Below are positions 39,782-49,764 of a stretch of DNA of 64,000 bases, in pieces (positions within the stretch are counted from its first letter, which is position 1; every line of letters starts with the position of its first letter). The notes beneath the pieces are model-generated. The model saw only the letters and a list, made by a program, of their open reading frames with translations, ran no database searches and was not told the DNA's origin. The translations under genes and the position numbers were made by a program. Where the stretch lies: the NCBI GenBank assembly GCA_036679605.1, contig JAZDCZ010000289.1, positions 76,153-140,152 of the forward strand. The letters are read 5' to 3'. This stretch comes from Gemmatimonadota bacterium (lineage in GTDB: Bacteria > Gemmatimonadota > Gemmatimonadetes > Gemmatimonadales > GWC2-71-9).

Positions 39782-40864
39782 CTAGTTTTCTCGGGCGTGT
39801 GCCGCGATCCAGTCGGCTACCTCAGATGTCGAGGCGCTCCCACCCAGGTCGGGTGTCGTCATTCCAACCGAGAGAGCCTCTCGCACGGCAGAATCCAGAG
39901 CCCTTGCCGAGCTGTGGTGTCCCAACTCAGCCATCATCAATCCGCCCGTCAAGATTGCCGCCATGGGGTTTGCCATGCCTTTGCCGGATAGGTCCGGTGC
40001 GGATCCATGCACGGGCTCAAAAAGTCCTGCACGTCCGGGGTGAAGATTGGCGCTTGCGGCCAGACCCAACCCGCCGACCAACTCGGCACCGAGATCCGAC
40101 AGGATATCCCCCAGCAGATTGTTGGTCACGATCACTTCGAACCGTTCGGGTTCCCGCACCATTTCCATGGCTAAGGCGTCCACATAACGGTGCTCACCAT
40201 CGATGCCCGGATAGTCATCACCAATTTCATCAAACAAGCGCTGCCATAGCTTATGAGCAGGCACTACATTCGACTTGTCAGCCAAAGTGATGCGGTTCTT
40301 ACCATTGGCCTCGGCCCACTCGAAGGCGGCGCGAATGATGCGCGACACCTTGGGATAGGTGTGGACCTCTTCAGCTATGCGCTCCTCCTCAGGAGTCCCC
40401 TCGTTTCTTACGCTGCCGCGTCCCAAGTACAGTCCCTCCGTGTTCTCGCGGAAGATCGCGAAGTCGATAGTGCGCTGAAGAGTCTGAGAGTTTGATTTGA
40501 GAGGGCATAGATCCGGGTGCAGCAAGACACACGGCCTAAAGTTCACGTACAAGTCGAGCTTGAAGCGGAGGCCCAAAAGGATATCGCGGGCGTGCTCGTT
40601 TCCGGGAACGCGCGGATCCCCCAGAGCGCCGAGAAACACGGCGTCTGCACAATCTCGGATCTCTCTGAACGCCTGGTCCGGCAGCGTTTCGCCAGTAGAC
40701 AGGAAATGGTCGGCACCGTACGGCAACTGCTTCCATTCGACTTGGACACCCGCCGCGTTTGCTGCTGCATCGATAGCGGGAAGGGCAGCGGCCACAACCT
40801 CAGGTCCGATCCCGTCGCCCGCGATCACAGCAATGGACACTTTACTGGGCGGCGGTTTATCCAC
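39782..40864 (-). CDS. isocitrate/isopropylmalate dehydrogenase family
   Basis: GDGIGPEV, RENTEGLY, NLLGDILSD, EPVHGSAPD. Substrate not assignable. Confidence 0.93.
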   Translation of the reverse strand: MDKPPPSKVSIAVIAGDGIGPEVVAAALPAIDAAANAAGVQVEWKQLPYGADHFLSTGETLPDQAFREIRDCADAVFLGALGDPRVPGNEHARDILLGLRFKLDLYVNFRPCVLLHPDLCPLKSNSQTLQRTIDFAIFRENTEGLYLGRGSVRNEGTPEEERIAEEVHTYPKVSRIIRAAFEWAEANGKNRITLADKSNVVPAHKLWQRLFDEIGDDYPGIDGEHRYVDALAMEMVREPERFEVIVTNNLLGDILSDLGAELVGGLGLAASANLHPGRAGLFEPVHGSAPDLSGKGMANPMAAILTGGLMMAELGHHSSARALDSAVREALSVGMTTPDLGGSASTSEVADWIAAHAREN

Positions 40865-41516
40865 TTATGCTTGTATTGCCACAGGTGATGCAAAATTTCC
40901 AGTTGGGTTCGATTTCGCTGCCACACTCGGGGCATTCTACTGGCCTGACCCGCGTGCCGCAGAAGGGGCAGAAGATCAGTTGCGGTTTAGCGGGAAGTTC
41001 CTCTCTACAGTGAGGGCAGACACTTGCCTTATCGATGGAAGGTCGGATCGATGGCCTCGGTGCGGTCTCCACGGCAATGGGTTCGAATACCGGTTCCTTA
41101 GATCGTTCCTCCACTCTAAGCTCTTCATCCTCCTGTTCCTCCGGTGTTGACGGAGGAGCGTAAGCCTCGTCGGATTGAGCGACTGCCTGCACGGCAGATT
41201 GGTTCAGGCGAACGCGAGCCGCCGCGAATTCACGAAATGCTGCCGGGTTGGGATTCACTGACTGCGCTTCCTCAAGGAGAGCCTGCTGCACTTCGATGGG
41301 TTCGACGGAGGCGTATCCTGCCTCACCCGCGAGAAGACGAAGTACAGCCATCTCATAATCTTGACTCGCGTCGAACCGGAGCGCCTTCTTGTACTTACGA
41401 TAGGGTATGATGCTCTGGTAGAGTTCAGACACTTCGAACGTGTGCATCGGTTGCTCAGGCTCCTGTGCCCTCAGTACATCGACCAATCCGCGAAACAATC
41501 TTTCTAGGTCGTCCAT
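40857..41516 (-). CDS. protein with C-terminal double zinc ribbon
   Basis: CPHC...CPFCG...CPECG...CITCG. Confidence 0.85.
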   Translation of the reverse strand: MDDLERLFRGLVDVLRAQEPEQPMHTFEVSELYQSIIPYRKYKKALRFDASQDYEMAVLRLLAGEAGYASVEPIEVQQALLEEAQSVNPNPAAFREFAAARVRLNQSAVQAVAQSDEAYAPPSTPEEQEDEELRVEERSKEPVFEPIAVETAPRPSIRPSIDKASVCPHCREELPAKPQLIFCPFCGTRVRPVECPECGSEIEPNWKFCITCGNTSISG

Positions 41517-41526
41517 GGATCTCCAT

Positions 41527-42027
41527 TCACCGCCATTCAGAAGCCCACCTGTCGTATAGGACAGGTGTCACCTCTGCGGAAGCCAGCAACTCGATGCCGC
41601 TAGGATCACGATAGGCCCGGCGATAGAAGACATGAGTAGTCCCCGAATTGATCATTAGCTTGGCGCACATGATGCAAGGGCTTGCCGTTACGAATACGAC
41701 CTTATTACGCATGTCGCCGGGTGCTTTAACAAGAGCGTTTACTTCTGAGTGAATGCAACCGCACGAGCCGGGGACGATCGAATCACACTTGTTGGGAAGG
41801 CCGCGTGCGTTCCCATTGTATCCGATTGCGACAACATTTTCCAGAGACGCGTCTGTCACGACCGTTCCCACTTGTAATCGGGCACAAGTCGATCGCTTGG
41901 CTAGTTCTTCGGCCATGCGCATGTAGACCTCGTACAACGGGATTCGATCTACCTCATACTGGCTACCATCTGTCAACAGATTCAGATGGTGTGTGTTGTC
42001 GTGTACTCCGTCTTTGAATCCCATCAT
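41527..42027 (-). CDS. dCMP deaminase family
   Basis: RSTC, GYNG, HSEVNA, PCIMC. Confidence 0.92.
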   Translation of the reverse strand: MMGFKDGVHDNTHHLNLLTDGSQYEVDRIPLYEVYMRMAEELAKRSTCARLQVGTVVTDASLENVVAIGYNGNARGLPNKCDSIVPGSCGCIHSEVNALVKAPGDMRNKVVFVTASPCIMCAKLMINSGTTHVFYRRAYRDPSGIELLASAEVTPVLYDRWASEWR

Positions 42028-42629
42028 TTGGTCCTTGGCAGCTCTACTTCCATGTTGACTAGGTCCATCTCGGTGTCGTAGTCTGCGAACTGCCCCTTGC
42101 TACGCTTTACTTGGAGCCATTCGTCAAAACCGGATGGCATCATCGCCTCGGACGTGATCTGACTTTCAGCTGCATGAATGGCGAGATCGTTAACGTATTC
42201 GTTTTTTGGATGGTCAGCATGTCCACGCACCCATCTCCAAGTAACTTGGAAAAGTGCGCGTGTCCGTTCTAGCGTCTGCCAGAGTTCTAGATTCTCTATT
42301 TTTCCACCCTTACGCTTCCAGCCACGAGCTTGCCAGCTGAGAACCCACTCGTTCATTCCCTTGATGAGGTACTGAGAATCAGAGACAAACAATATCGAGC
42401 GCGCACTATCAACCTCCAGTGCCGACAACGTGGCTATCGCCCCAGCCAGAGCCATCCGATTGTTGGTTGTGTCCGGAGACGAAATGTAGAGATCCTCGCG
42501 AACGACCGACTCACCTGACCATCGCTCGATCAAGGAAGCTGCCCCTCCTGGATTCTTGCCTTCCCGGCCATTGCCAAGGCAACTTTCGTCTGCGTAGACG
42601 ACCGCTACACTTGGGTCTAGTTTGGACAT
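42024..42629 (-). CDS. rnhA: ribonuclease HI
   Basis: ADESCLGN, TTNNRM, SDSQY, WVRGHA, NEYVNDLA. Confidence 0.9.
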   Translation of the reverse strand: MSKLDPSVAVVYADESCLGNGREGKNPGGAASLIERWSGESVVREDLYISSPDTTNNRMALAGAIATLSALEVDSARSILFVSDSQYLIKGMNEWVLSWQARGWKRKGGKIENLELWQTLERTRALFQVTWRWVRGHADHPKNEYVNDLAIHAAESQITSEAMMPSGFDEWLQVKRSKGQFADYDTEMDLVNMEVELPRTK

Positions 42630-42764
42630 CGCGATCAATTCCGTCGTTGGTATCCGAGACTATTCTGCCTGTGAGTTATAGGATACTTGGTGGGATTGGG
42701 TCTGGGTACTGTAGTGGGATAAACTGTGATGTGGCTTTGGGTGTGTATCGTGCCACGGGCCGCG

Positions 42765-43724
42765 TCAGTGTGGTTGCGCTGTGGTGGACGATCCGAGCCG
42801 CCACCCGCCTGACCGCCTAGGGTTATCGCTTACAAGCGAGAGTGCTCGTAGTCCAATAAGTGCTCTGGTCTCGCTTTCCTCTTGGTCAAACGCCCCACTG
42901 TCATGCTGTATCTCCGTCAACAGGCGGACAGCGTTGCTCATGGCTTCGCGAACCGTCGGGCTTGGAATAGAGAGCAGCATATCAAACATGTGGAAGATGT
43001 TTGTGTTCCGGATTTCACCGGTCGGCTGCTGTAGCTCCAGGATCCGCGAAACGTATTCGTCTAGCTTGGCGCGGTATTCGAGTGGAGCCACCGCGAGCGC
43101 TCCAAGGATAAAGAGAAACAAGTCGGGTGACAGATCATGAGACCGCGCGTTCCAGGGCTCGGCGATCGCAAGTAGACTTTCCACATGTTGCCGCACCGCC
43201 TTACGGTGCCCCTCGCCTGCTCGGAGCACCACCCTGAGAGTGAAACAGCTCGCAGCAAGTCGTGCAGATTCTTCTCCTTCGATTTCAACTCCGGAAGGAA
43301 ATCTCAAGGGAGCCAGGTTCTCATCTCTCGTCGCAGCCGAGAAGAAGCCACTGGTGGAGTGACAGCACTCACCTTTGTCGTGACGCTGCGGTGTGCATCC
43401 CTCAAAGGCATGGCCTGGTTTGTCCTGTTGAGCCAGCAGATAGCCCAACATGCGAATGACACCGCAGTTGTCTCCCCGGCACCCCAGTTCCAGCAGTTCC
43501 CATGCGGTCCATGCCGTACTCATTAGCGACCCGTCTACGCTGCCGTCCATGCGAGTACGCAAACGCCGCTCCCTGATCAGGTGTCCAGTTAGCTGCCGGT
43601 CCTGAGGGTGGGGCCGATCCATGAGTCGAGCGAGGGCGCCTTCTTTGGTTTTGCGTCCCTCAAAAAATGCATTGACTCTGGTGAGTGCTAGATCGAGGTC
43701 CGGGGCATGTTCTGTTGCGTTCAT
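42765..43724 (-). CDS. hypothetical protein (alpha-helical, prenyltransferase-repeat-like)
   Basis: 319-aa ORF with GAGGGG SD; repeats such as LQQPTG and IQHDSGAF. Confidence 0.7.
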   Translation of the reverse strand: MNATEHAPDLDLALTRVNAFFEGRKTKEGALARLMDRPHPQDRQLTGHLIRERRLRTRMDGSVDGSLMSTAWTAWELLELGCRGDNCGVIRMLGYLLAQQDKPGHAFEGCTPQRHDKGECCHSTSGFFSAATRDENLAPLRFPSGVEIEGEESARLAASCFTLRVVLRAGEGHRKAVRQHVESLLAIAEPWNARSHDLSPDLFLFILGALAVAPLEYRAKLDEYVSRILELQQPTGEIRNTNIFHMFDMLLSIPSPTVREAMSNAVRLLTEIQHDSGAFDQEESETRALIGLRALSLVSDNPRRSGGWRLGSSTTAQPH

Positions 43725-43964
43725 CGCGAAGACCCCTCAGAAGGAGGAGAAGCACACCAGCGGTCTCTCGGGTCCCCCGGTCGCTCCGAGACAAACGGTC
43801 GCTGATAGAAACTCTACCTATTAAAGATGGCGCAATGGTCCCCAGGTTGGCTAGTCCACCGCACTTCCGGCTCCTCAAGCGGTACGGGGCCGTGGAACGC
43901 CGACCCGGATACGCAAGCGATTCCAAACCCTATGTCAGAACGAGTGTTTTGGTGATCCATTACC

Positions 43965-43994
43965 TTGACACCAAAGCCAATCCGGCCTTACGTT
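43965..43994 (+). promoter_or_regulatory. sigma70-like promoter
   Basis: TTGACA at 43965 and TACGTT at 43989, upstream of the gene starting at 44030. Confidence 0.35.
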
Positions 43995-44029
43995 TGCGTT
44001 CTTATGTCTTGTTATTCTAGGTAGTTAGA

Positions 44030-46288
44030 ATGGGGCACTTATTGAAGTTTGTCAGGCTGGACGTAGGCCGGTCACGGTTGTCCGTCGCTATGGGTGTGGC
44101 CTTGCTGCTGTCGGCCGCGCCAGGGTTGGCCTCTGCCCAGAAGGTGGTGGAGATCCAACTGTTTCCTGGCACGCTGACTCTCGGGCTGGGAGTGAGCGGA
44201 CAGCTTCTGGCGTCGGCCTTCGATCAGCGTGGTGACAACCTTTCCGATGCCACGTTCACATGGTCCAGTAGCGATCCCTCGGTGGCAAGAGTCGAAGAAG
44301 ATCGCAGCATGGCCGGAATGGTGAATGTAGTGCCCGTCTCTCTGGGCATTGTTACCATCGAAGTTCGGGCAGGAGATCAGAGGACTTCGGCGACGGTCCA
44401 AGTAGTGGGGGCCGATGAGCTTGCTGGGCCGGGAGCCGGAGTGGGCGTAGCGACGATTCTCCAAGTCTCTCCCAATCTGATTTTCCTCCTTCCATTGGAG
44501 GATGTACGAGTCCAGCCGCGGTTTCTGACAGACGACGGTACAGTCGCCGCGCCTGTGCAGGTCACCTGGCGATCGCTGCGAGAGGACGTGGCGAGCATTA
44601 CGCCTGACGGAGTTGTGGTGGGTGTATCCCCGGGTCAGGGTGGTATCGAGGTGACTGCGAGCGGTTTGCCCACCGCGCGGGCGACAGTGCGGGTCACGCA
44701 AAGCGCATTCGGCTTCGCAACTCCGGTTCTGGCACTCTCTCCCGGCGACGTGGACACAGTAGATGTGATTGTCCCGGAGCAGGATAGCCGGCCGCTGTCG
44801 CCACGAGGCCTCGCATGGCGCTCGACAGACATTTCGGTGGTGACGGTTTCCCCCGTAGGCGTCGCGGCGGCAGTCAAGGCGGGTAGGGCGGAGATCGTCG
44901 CTTCGGGCTTCGGACAGGAAAACCGACTGTCAGTAACCGTTCACCGCCCGGTCGAGTTTTTGGATGTGTTGCCACGGCCCGACAAGGGTCCGGTTGCAGT
45001 CCCTCTGGGCGGAACGCGCACCTTCAAGGCCACGGCACTGGCTGAGGACGAGACTCCTGTGCCGGAGGCGCCTCTCACGTGGGGTCACCCCGATACCGCG
45101 ATTGCTACCTTCGATCCCGCAACCGGTGCTTTGACCGGTAAGGCTATCGGTCACACGAAGCTCACTGTGAAGCCGCCGGGAGAGGGACTCGATGTCGAGT
45201 GGGAGATCGACATAATTGCCGGAGGGCTTGCCTTGGATGCCAACGTGATCGGCATCGTTAAGGGCAACCAACGGCAGCTCGGCGCCTCATTTACAGACGA
45301 GGCGGGTACTCTCGTGAGCGAGGCAACGAGCGTCACCTGGACATCGAGTGATACGTCAGTAATTACAGTTGACCAACAGGGTAATGTGTCCACGGTGGGA
45401 TTTGGGACGGCCACAATTGAAGCGGCGACTCCATGGGGTTCGGCGGACACGGCTGTGTTCTACGTGCAGGGCGATGTCTTGTTTACTTCGACTCGTGGGG
45501 GGAACGCCGACCTCTACACCTTGAACCACGACGATGCGACTCAGATCCATCGTGTTACGGACCTGCCCGGCTTTGAATTGAACGCGGTCTTTTCCCCTGA
45601 TGGTTCCAAGATCGCTTATGTCTCCGATCAAGGTGGCAATCTCGATATCTACGTCATCGACGCTGGTGGATCGAACCCCTTACGGCTGACTCAAACCATG
45701 GCGCTGGAGGGATCGTTCGATTGGACACCGGACGGTCAGCGTATCGTCTACGAATCAGACGCCGCTGGTTCAGTGCAGCTGTGGATCATGAACGCCGACG
45801 GGTCGGAACAAACTCAGCTCACCAGCGGAATAACACCGAATTTGCAGCCCGCTGTTTCTCCAAATGGTGAAACGATCGCTTTTGTAACGAACAGGGACGG
45901 CAACTTCGAGATCTACCTGATGGACATTGATGGTACGAATCAGCGAAACCTTACTTTGTCTCCGAACAGCGAGATCGTGCCGGCGTGGATTGGAGATTCT
46001 GCGTTTGCCTATGTCTCTGAGGAACGCAGGGGCGGGCCGGAAAGCAGAGTAATAATTCGCATGAACATGACGCGACAAACGGCAAACATGACCCCCAAGG
46101 GACTTCAGGTTACCGATTTTGCAGTTTCGGCAGATGGTAAATTGTTGGCGGTCACGGTAGCCGCCCAGGGCCCGGCCGGCACGCAGAACCGTTTGTATCT
46201 GATTCCAACGGTCGCAGGAGCTAACCCTGTGGAGGTACCGCGTGAGGGCAACGGAGATCAGTTGGTTACACCGTCGTTTCGTCGCTGA
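44030..46288 (+). CDS. secreted protein with tandem bacterial Ig-like (Big_2) domains and TolB-like PD40 propeller
   Basis: Repeated TWSSSDPSVA/TWTSSDTSV motifs; FSPDGSKIAYVSDQGGNLDIY repeats. Confidence 0.9.
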   Translation: MGHLLKFVRLDVGRSRLSVAMGVALLLSAAPGLASAQKVVEIQLFPGTLTLGLGVSGQLLASAFDQRGDNLSDATFTWSSSDPSVARVEEDRSMAGMVNVVPVSLGIVTIEVRAGDQRTSATVQVVGADELAGPGAGVGVATILQVSPNLIFLLPLEDVRVQPRFLTDDGTVAAPVQVTWRSLREDVASITPDGVVVGVSPGQGGIEVTASGLPTARATVRVTQSAFGFATPVLALSPGDVDTVDVIVPEQDSRPLSPRGLAWRSTDISVVTVSPVGVAAAVKAGRAEIVASGFGQENRLSVTVHRPVEFLDVLPRPDKGPVAVPLGGTRTFKATALAEDETPVPEAPLTWGHPDTAIATFDPATGALTGKAIGHTKLTVKPPGEGLDVEWEIDIIAGGLALDANVIGIVKGNQRQLGASFTDEAGTLVSEATSVTWTSSDTSVITVDQQGNVSTVGFGTATIEAATPWGSADTAVFYVQGDVLFTSTRGGNADLYTLNHDDATQIHRVTDLPGFELNAVFSPDGSKIAYVSDQGGNLDIYVIDAGGSNPLRLTQTMALEGSFDWTPDGQRIVYESDAAGSVQLWIMNADGSEQTQLTSGITPNLQPAVSPNGETIAFVTNRDGNFEIYLMDIDGTNQRNLTLSPNSEIVPAWIGDSAFAYVSEERRGGPESRVIIRMNMTRQTANMTPKGLQVTDFAVSADGKLLAVTVAAQGPAGTQNRLYLIPTVAGANPVEVPREGNGDQLVTPSFRR

Positions 46289-46342
46289 CGGTTCCACCGC
46301 TGCATTTCTTTTGTCGGCCCTAACACGTATCACAGTTAAGCG

Positions 46343-47392
46343 ATGAAAGCTCTCGTCATGAGGGGGCACGGTGATTTCTCGCAACTCGAGATTGCCGACG
46401 CTCCCAAACCATCCGTGTCACACAACCGCGATGTCAGAATCAACCTCGTCGCGTCTGCGTTGAACCATCTGGATCTCTGGACGCTGCGCGGGCTTCCCGG
46501 ATTAGATCTACCGTTCCCTCACATTTTAGGTGGAGACGGTGCCGGAGTTGTAGACGAGATTGGCTCTGCAGTTAAGTCTGTGCAGCCCGGCGACCGAGTC
46601 ATAATCAATCCCGGAATCTCGTGCTATCAGTGCGAGCAGTGTCTTCAGGGTGAACAGTCGCTGTGCGACACATATAGACTGCTCGGCGAGCACCTCCCTG
46701 GGACCCTCGCCGAGTATATCGTGGTCCCGGAGCACAACGTGGCGTTCATACCGACGCCTCCCGCACCACACCCGGAGATCGGCTGGGCCGAGGCCGCAGC
46801 ATTCTCGCTGGTCACGCTTACTGCATGGCGCATGCTCGTGAGCCGCGCGAAACTGCAGGCCGGAGAGTCGGTGTTCATATGGGGCGCGGGTGGAGGAGTG
46901 TCCAACACTGCCTTGAAGATCGCGAAGCTGCTGGGTGCGTTTGCCATTGTGACGTCGTCGAGTGACGAGAAACTCGAAGCGGCGCGGTCGCTTGGTGCGG
47001 ACGCGACCTTTAATTATCGCAAGACCGACGTCGTGAAAGAGGTCCGCAAACTAACCAACAAGAGTGGCGTTGACGTCGTGGTGGAGAATGTGGGCGAGGA
47101 TACGTGGGAGAATTCTGTACGAATGTTGGCTAAGGCCGGACGATTGATCACATGCGGTGCGACGACGGGGCCAAAGGTAGTGACGGACGTGCGGCGACTG
47201 TTTTGGTATCAGTTTTCGGTTTTGGGTTCCACGATGGGCAATGCCAGGGAGTATCGCGAAATCGTACGACTTTTAGGGCAAGGGCATCTTAGGCCGACCG
47301 TGGATTCGACATTTCAACTAGCCGATGGGGTTGCTGCGTTCGAGCGTTTGCAGGCCGGAACGCAGATGGGAAAGGTCGTAGTAGAGATCTGA
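46343..47392 (+). CDS. zinc-binding (MDR) dehydrogenase/quinone oxidoreductase
   Basis: LNHLD, PHILGGDGAG, CYQCEQC...C, GAGGGV, GKVVV. Confidence 0.93.
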   Translation: MKALVMRGHGDFSQLEIADAPKPSVSHNRDVRINLVASALNHLDLWTLRGLPGLDLPFPHILGGDGAGVVDEIGSAVKSVQPGDRVIINPGISCYQCEQCLQGEQSLCDTYRLLGEHLPGTLAEYIVVPEHNVAFIPTPPAPHPEIGWAEAAAFSLVTLTAWRMLVSRAKLQAGESVFIWGAGGGVSNTALKIAKLLGAFAIVTSSSDEKLEAARSLGADATFNYRKTDVVKEVRKLTNKSGVDVVVENVGEDTWENSVRMLAKAGRLITCGATTGPKVVTDVRRLFWYQFSVLGSTMGNAREYREIVRLLGQGHLRPTVDSTFQLADGVAAFERLQAGTQMGKVVVEI

Positions 47393-47397
47393 AGAAC

Positions 47398-47423
47398 AAA
47401 AAAGCCCCGGCAGTGCCGGGGCT
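47398..47423 (-). terminator. intrinsic terminator (possibly bidirectional)
   Basis: AAAAA-AGCCCCGGC-agt-GCCGGGGCT: perfect hairpin with a U-tract on the minus strand. Confidence 0.85.
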
Positions 47424-47459
47424 ATCTATCTGAAAACAGGAGTACTCCGAAGCGGTTTA

Positions 47460-47636
47460 TCACCGGCCGCGACATAAGTAGAGTGTCTCCTGGCTGTGTC
47501 CGAACCGCGGGGTACGCTCGGGGCGACACACGGTTCCGATAGTATTTCCCGTTTCGTCGACAATCTCGAACATGGTGTTCCGACGCTCCGTAAGGCACCC
47601 GTCCTCACTGGCCACTTTCTTATCTTGACGTGCCAT
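47460..47636 (-). CDS. small hypothetical protein
   Basis: MARQDKK... with AGAGG SD, followed by the strong terminator at 47398-47423. Confidence 0.5.
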   Translation of the reverse strand: MARQDKKVASEDGCLTERRNTMFEIVDETGNTIGTVCRPERTPRFGHSQETLYLCRGR

Positions 47637-47763
47637 TATCAACCTCTTCTCGACTAGTTCATCTCGCGTCAACATCATGATCTACACCCCTCGCATCTTC
47701 GATTCTACACTTGCTCTTCTCTATGTTATTAGATGCGTGGAGTACGAGAATGGTTGCAGCAAC

Positions 47764-48216
47764 TCAACGGCGGTAGCGCTCCAGCCATTGGAGGTCGTCG
47801 GAATCCACATTGACGGCATAGAGCACTCCGTCGCCGAAACCCACCAATCTCCGGTCGAGAACGCCGTCGGGGCCGAGGACGGTCATCCGCATGTTGCCGA
47901 AGTCCACTAGTAGAGTAGAGTCGTCGGGAAGCGGAAGCAGCGCTCCGGGAGTCCTGTATTCGCCGGGTCCCTGACCCACGTGGCCAATCTGCTCGACGAT
48001 GTCGGCTGCAAAATCGACGAACCGGACGGCCTGTTCAAGCCGGTCCGAAACGATGAGTCGTCCGTCCGAGAGTTCTCGGAGGCCGGAGACGGAACTAAAT
48101 GATTCGGAGAGTGAAGCGTCTGGCCTGTCGAGTACGACGCGCTCCACCTTCTGTGCTGACAGCGGACTGGATGCCAGTGATGCTGCAGCAAGACCAATCA
48201 TGATAGTGCGCGGCAT
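47764..48216 (-). pseudogene. internally deleted 6-bladed beta-propeller secreted protein
   Basis: Signal peptide and GHVGQGPGEY blade joined directly to the C-terminal signature LYAVNVDSDDLQWLERYRR. Only 150 aa versus 372-396 aa for the related proteins in this window. Confidence 0.6.
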
Positions 48217-48312
48217 GTCCTGCTCCTTTAGATGGTGCTCGTGCCTGCAAGCACACTAGATGTATCAGCGGATGAAACGGTCGCAGGCTGGGCTAGAAGT
48301 GGTGGCGGACGC

Positions 48313-49209
48313 TCAACCGGCTCTCGCGATGACGTTGCGAGCGATGGTCGACGGCACGCGGCAAGCCTCGGCGAAAGCTAGAAACACGAGGTCGAAGCTC
48401 TGGGCCGCGCGAACAGAACGACGGTTGATATGCAGCAGCCGATTGCGCAGTCGGCGAACCTGATAGCCGGCCGCCCCGAAATCGTTGGCGACGCTCGCGA
48501 TGGGCCGGCCGCTGGAGTCGGCCGCCAATGCCAGGAACATCAGGGTGATCCAGTCCATTATCGCCTTAGGTGATGGCAACCCGGCGCTCTCGAAGTCGCG
48601 TTGGATTGTCCGTTTGGGAACACGGAGTTCCGCGGATACCGATCGAACCGAGGATAACCGCCGTTTCTCGAGATCGATTAGGCAAGCCAGTGTTTCGCGA
48701 ATGTAATCCCTCGGGCGGCTCGGCAGATCGGTAATCAGCAGTTCGACGAGATAACACACCAACTCAGCGTGTCTCGCGGCCAGGAGCCAAGCAATGTTTT
48801 CCCGCACCCCGCGAATCTCGTCGCGACGAGTCGACTGGAGCATGACTTTTAGGCCGTCTCTGTCGCCACAGTGCTCCAGCAGAGTCGAGATGGTTGGGGT
48901 AGGCGGCGCATACAACAGTAGTGGCACGGTCCGATAGGCATGTCTCAGCGCCCGTACCAGCGGTACGACATCGTCGGTCCACGGGGCGAGATCGTAAATG
49001 ATAGTCGTGAAGTCACTACCGGTCAGCGGAACCTTCGCAAGCCGGATGGGTGAGATATGCACGGGATTAGCTCCCATATCCACGGCCGCGTCATGCACGA
49101 TGGCGGCGGCACTCGGATCGCTCACACATACGGCAGTCTGGGGTTCAGTCGATCGTGGTATCACCCGTGTCACTATCCCTTCTCGATCGGTCGGAGAACC
49201 GTCGTTCAA
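48313..49209 (-). CDS. pseudo-receiver plus HTH (AraC-like) transcriptional regulator
   Basis: IIYDLAPW...VPLLLYAP N-domain; SVRSVSAELRVPKRTIQRDF..AGLPSPKAIMDW helix-turn-helix. Confidence 0.7.
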   Translation of the reverse strand: MNDGSPTDREGIVTRVIPRSTEPQTAVCVSDPSAAAIVHDAAVDMGANPVHISPIRLAKVPLTGSDFTTIIYDLAPWTDDVVPLVRALRHAYRTVPLLLYAPPTPTISTLLEHCGDRDGLKVMLQSTRRDEIRGVRENIAWLLAARHAELVCYLVELLITDLPSRPRDYIRETLACLIDLEKRRLSSVRSVSAELRVPKRTIQRDFESAGLPSPKAIMDWITLMFLALAADSSGRPIASVANDFGAAGYQVRRLRNRLLHINRRSVRAAQSFDLVFLAFAEACRVPSTIARNVIARAG

Positions 49210-49404
49210 ACGGTCTGCTAGTGGATGATAACCCTGACATCAAGCAGCGGTTCCAGCAAGTCAACTGCAGTGGGGCAAATAGCCGACGAGATCCGGCAAA
49301 GCTTCGGCACCACTAATCGATGAACTCAAACCGACCCTCGCATCCCAAAGTCTACGGGTGGGATATCGCCTCACCGTCCATGTATGGGATTATGCCTGCA
49401 CCGG

Positions 49405-49764
49405 TTAATCCGTCGACCGCTCCACGAGCCAGACCATCTCCTGTGTTAGCCGTGCCCCACGCGTGCACAAGCGGGTCCACTCGGCCTCGGTATAGATCAG
49501 GATATCTGCCGGCACGGGTAGTTCGGCCAGATCCCACTCGACCGCCCGCCGGATGAACGGCGTCACCGATTCCCGGACGACCGCCACGAAATCGAGATCG
49601 CTCCCGACCCCGGCGTCGCCGCGGGCATAGGAACCAAACAAACCGAGCCGCAGCAGCTCAGGGCGCTCGCGCATCTGACGCCGTGCCCAGCGCCGCGCCG
49701 CTGTCCCTACTGCCGACGCGTCAGGCCATCTGAGTATGAACGAACTCGATGATTTCACTGGCAT
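49405..49764 (-). CDS. minimal nucleotidyltransferase (MNT, antitoxin-type)
   Basis: FGSYARGDAGVGSDLD (GSx10DxD); overlaps the HEPN gene. Confidence 0.9.
   Translation of the reverse strand: MPVKSSSSFILRWPDASAVGTAARRWARRQMRERPELLRLGLFGSYARGDAGVGSDLDFVAVVRESVTPFIRRAVEWDLAELPVPADILIYTEAEWTRLCTRGARLTQEMVWLVERSTD

Noticed and set aside
39376..40290. 304-aa plus-strand ORF
   Set aside because: Antisense to the thiolase and dehydrogenase genes, with Arg/Pro/Ser-rich shadow composition.
43725..43910. SRP RNA, 6S RNA or tRNA-Sec
   Set aside because: Lacks the SRP domain IV motif, tRNA arms and recognisable 6S features; kept only as an unassigned structured candidate.
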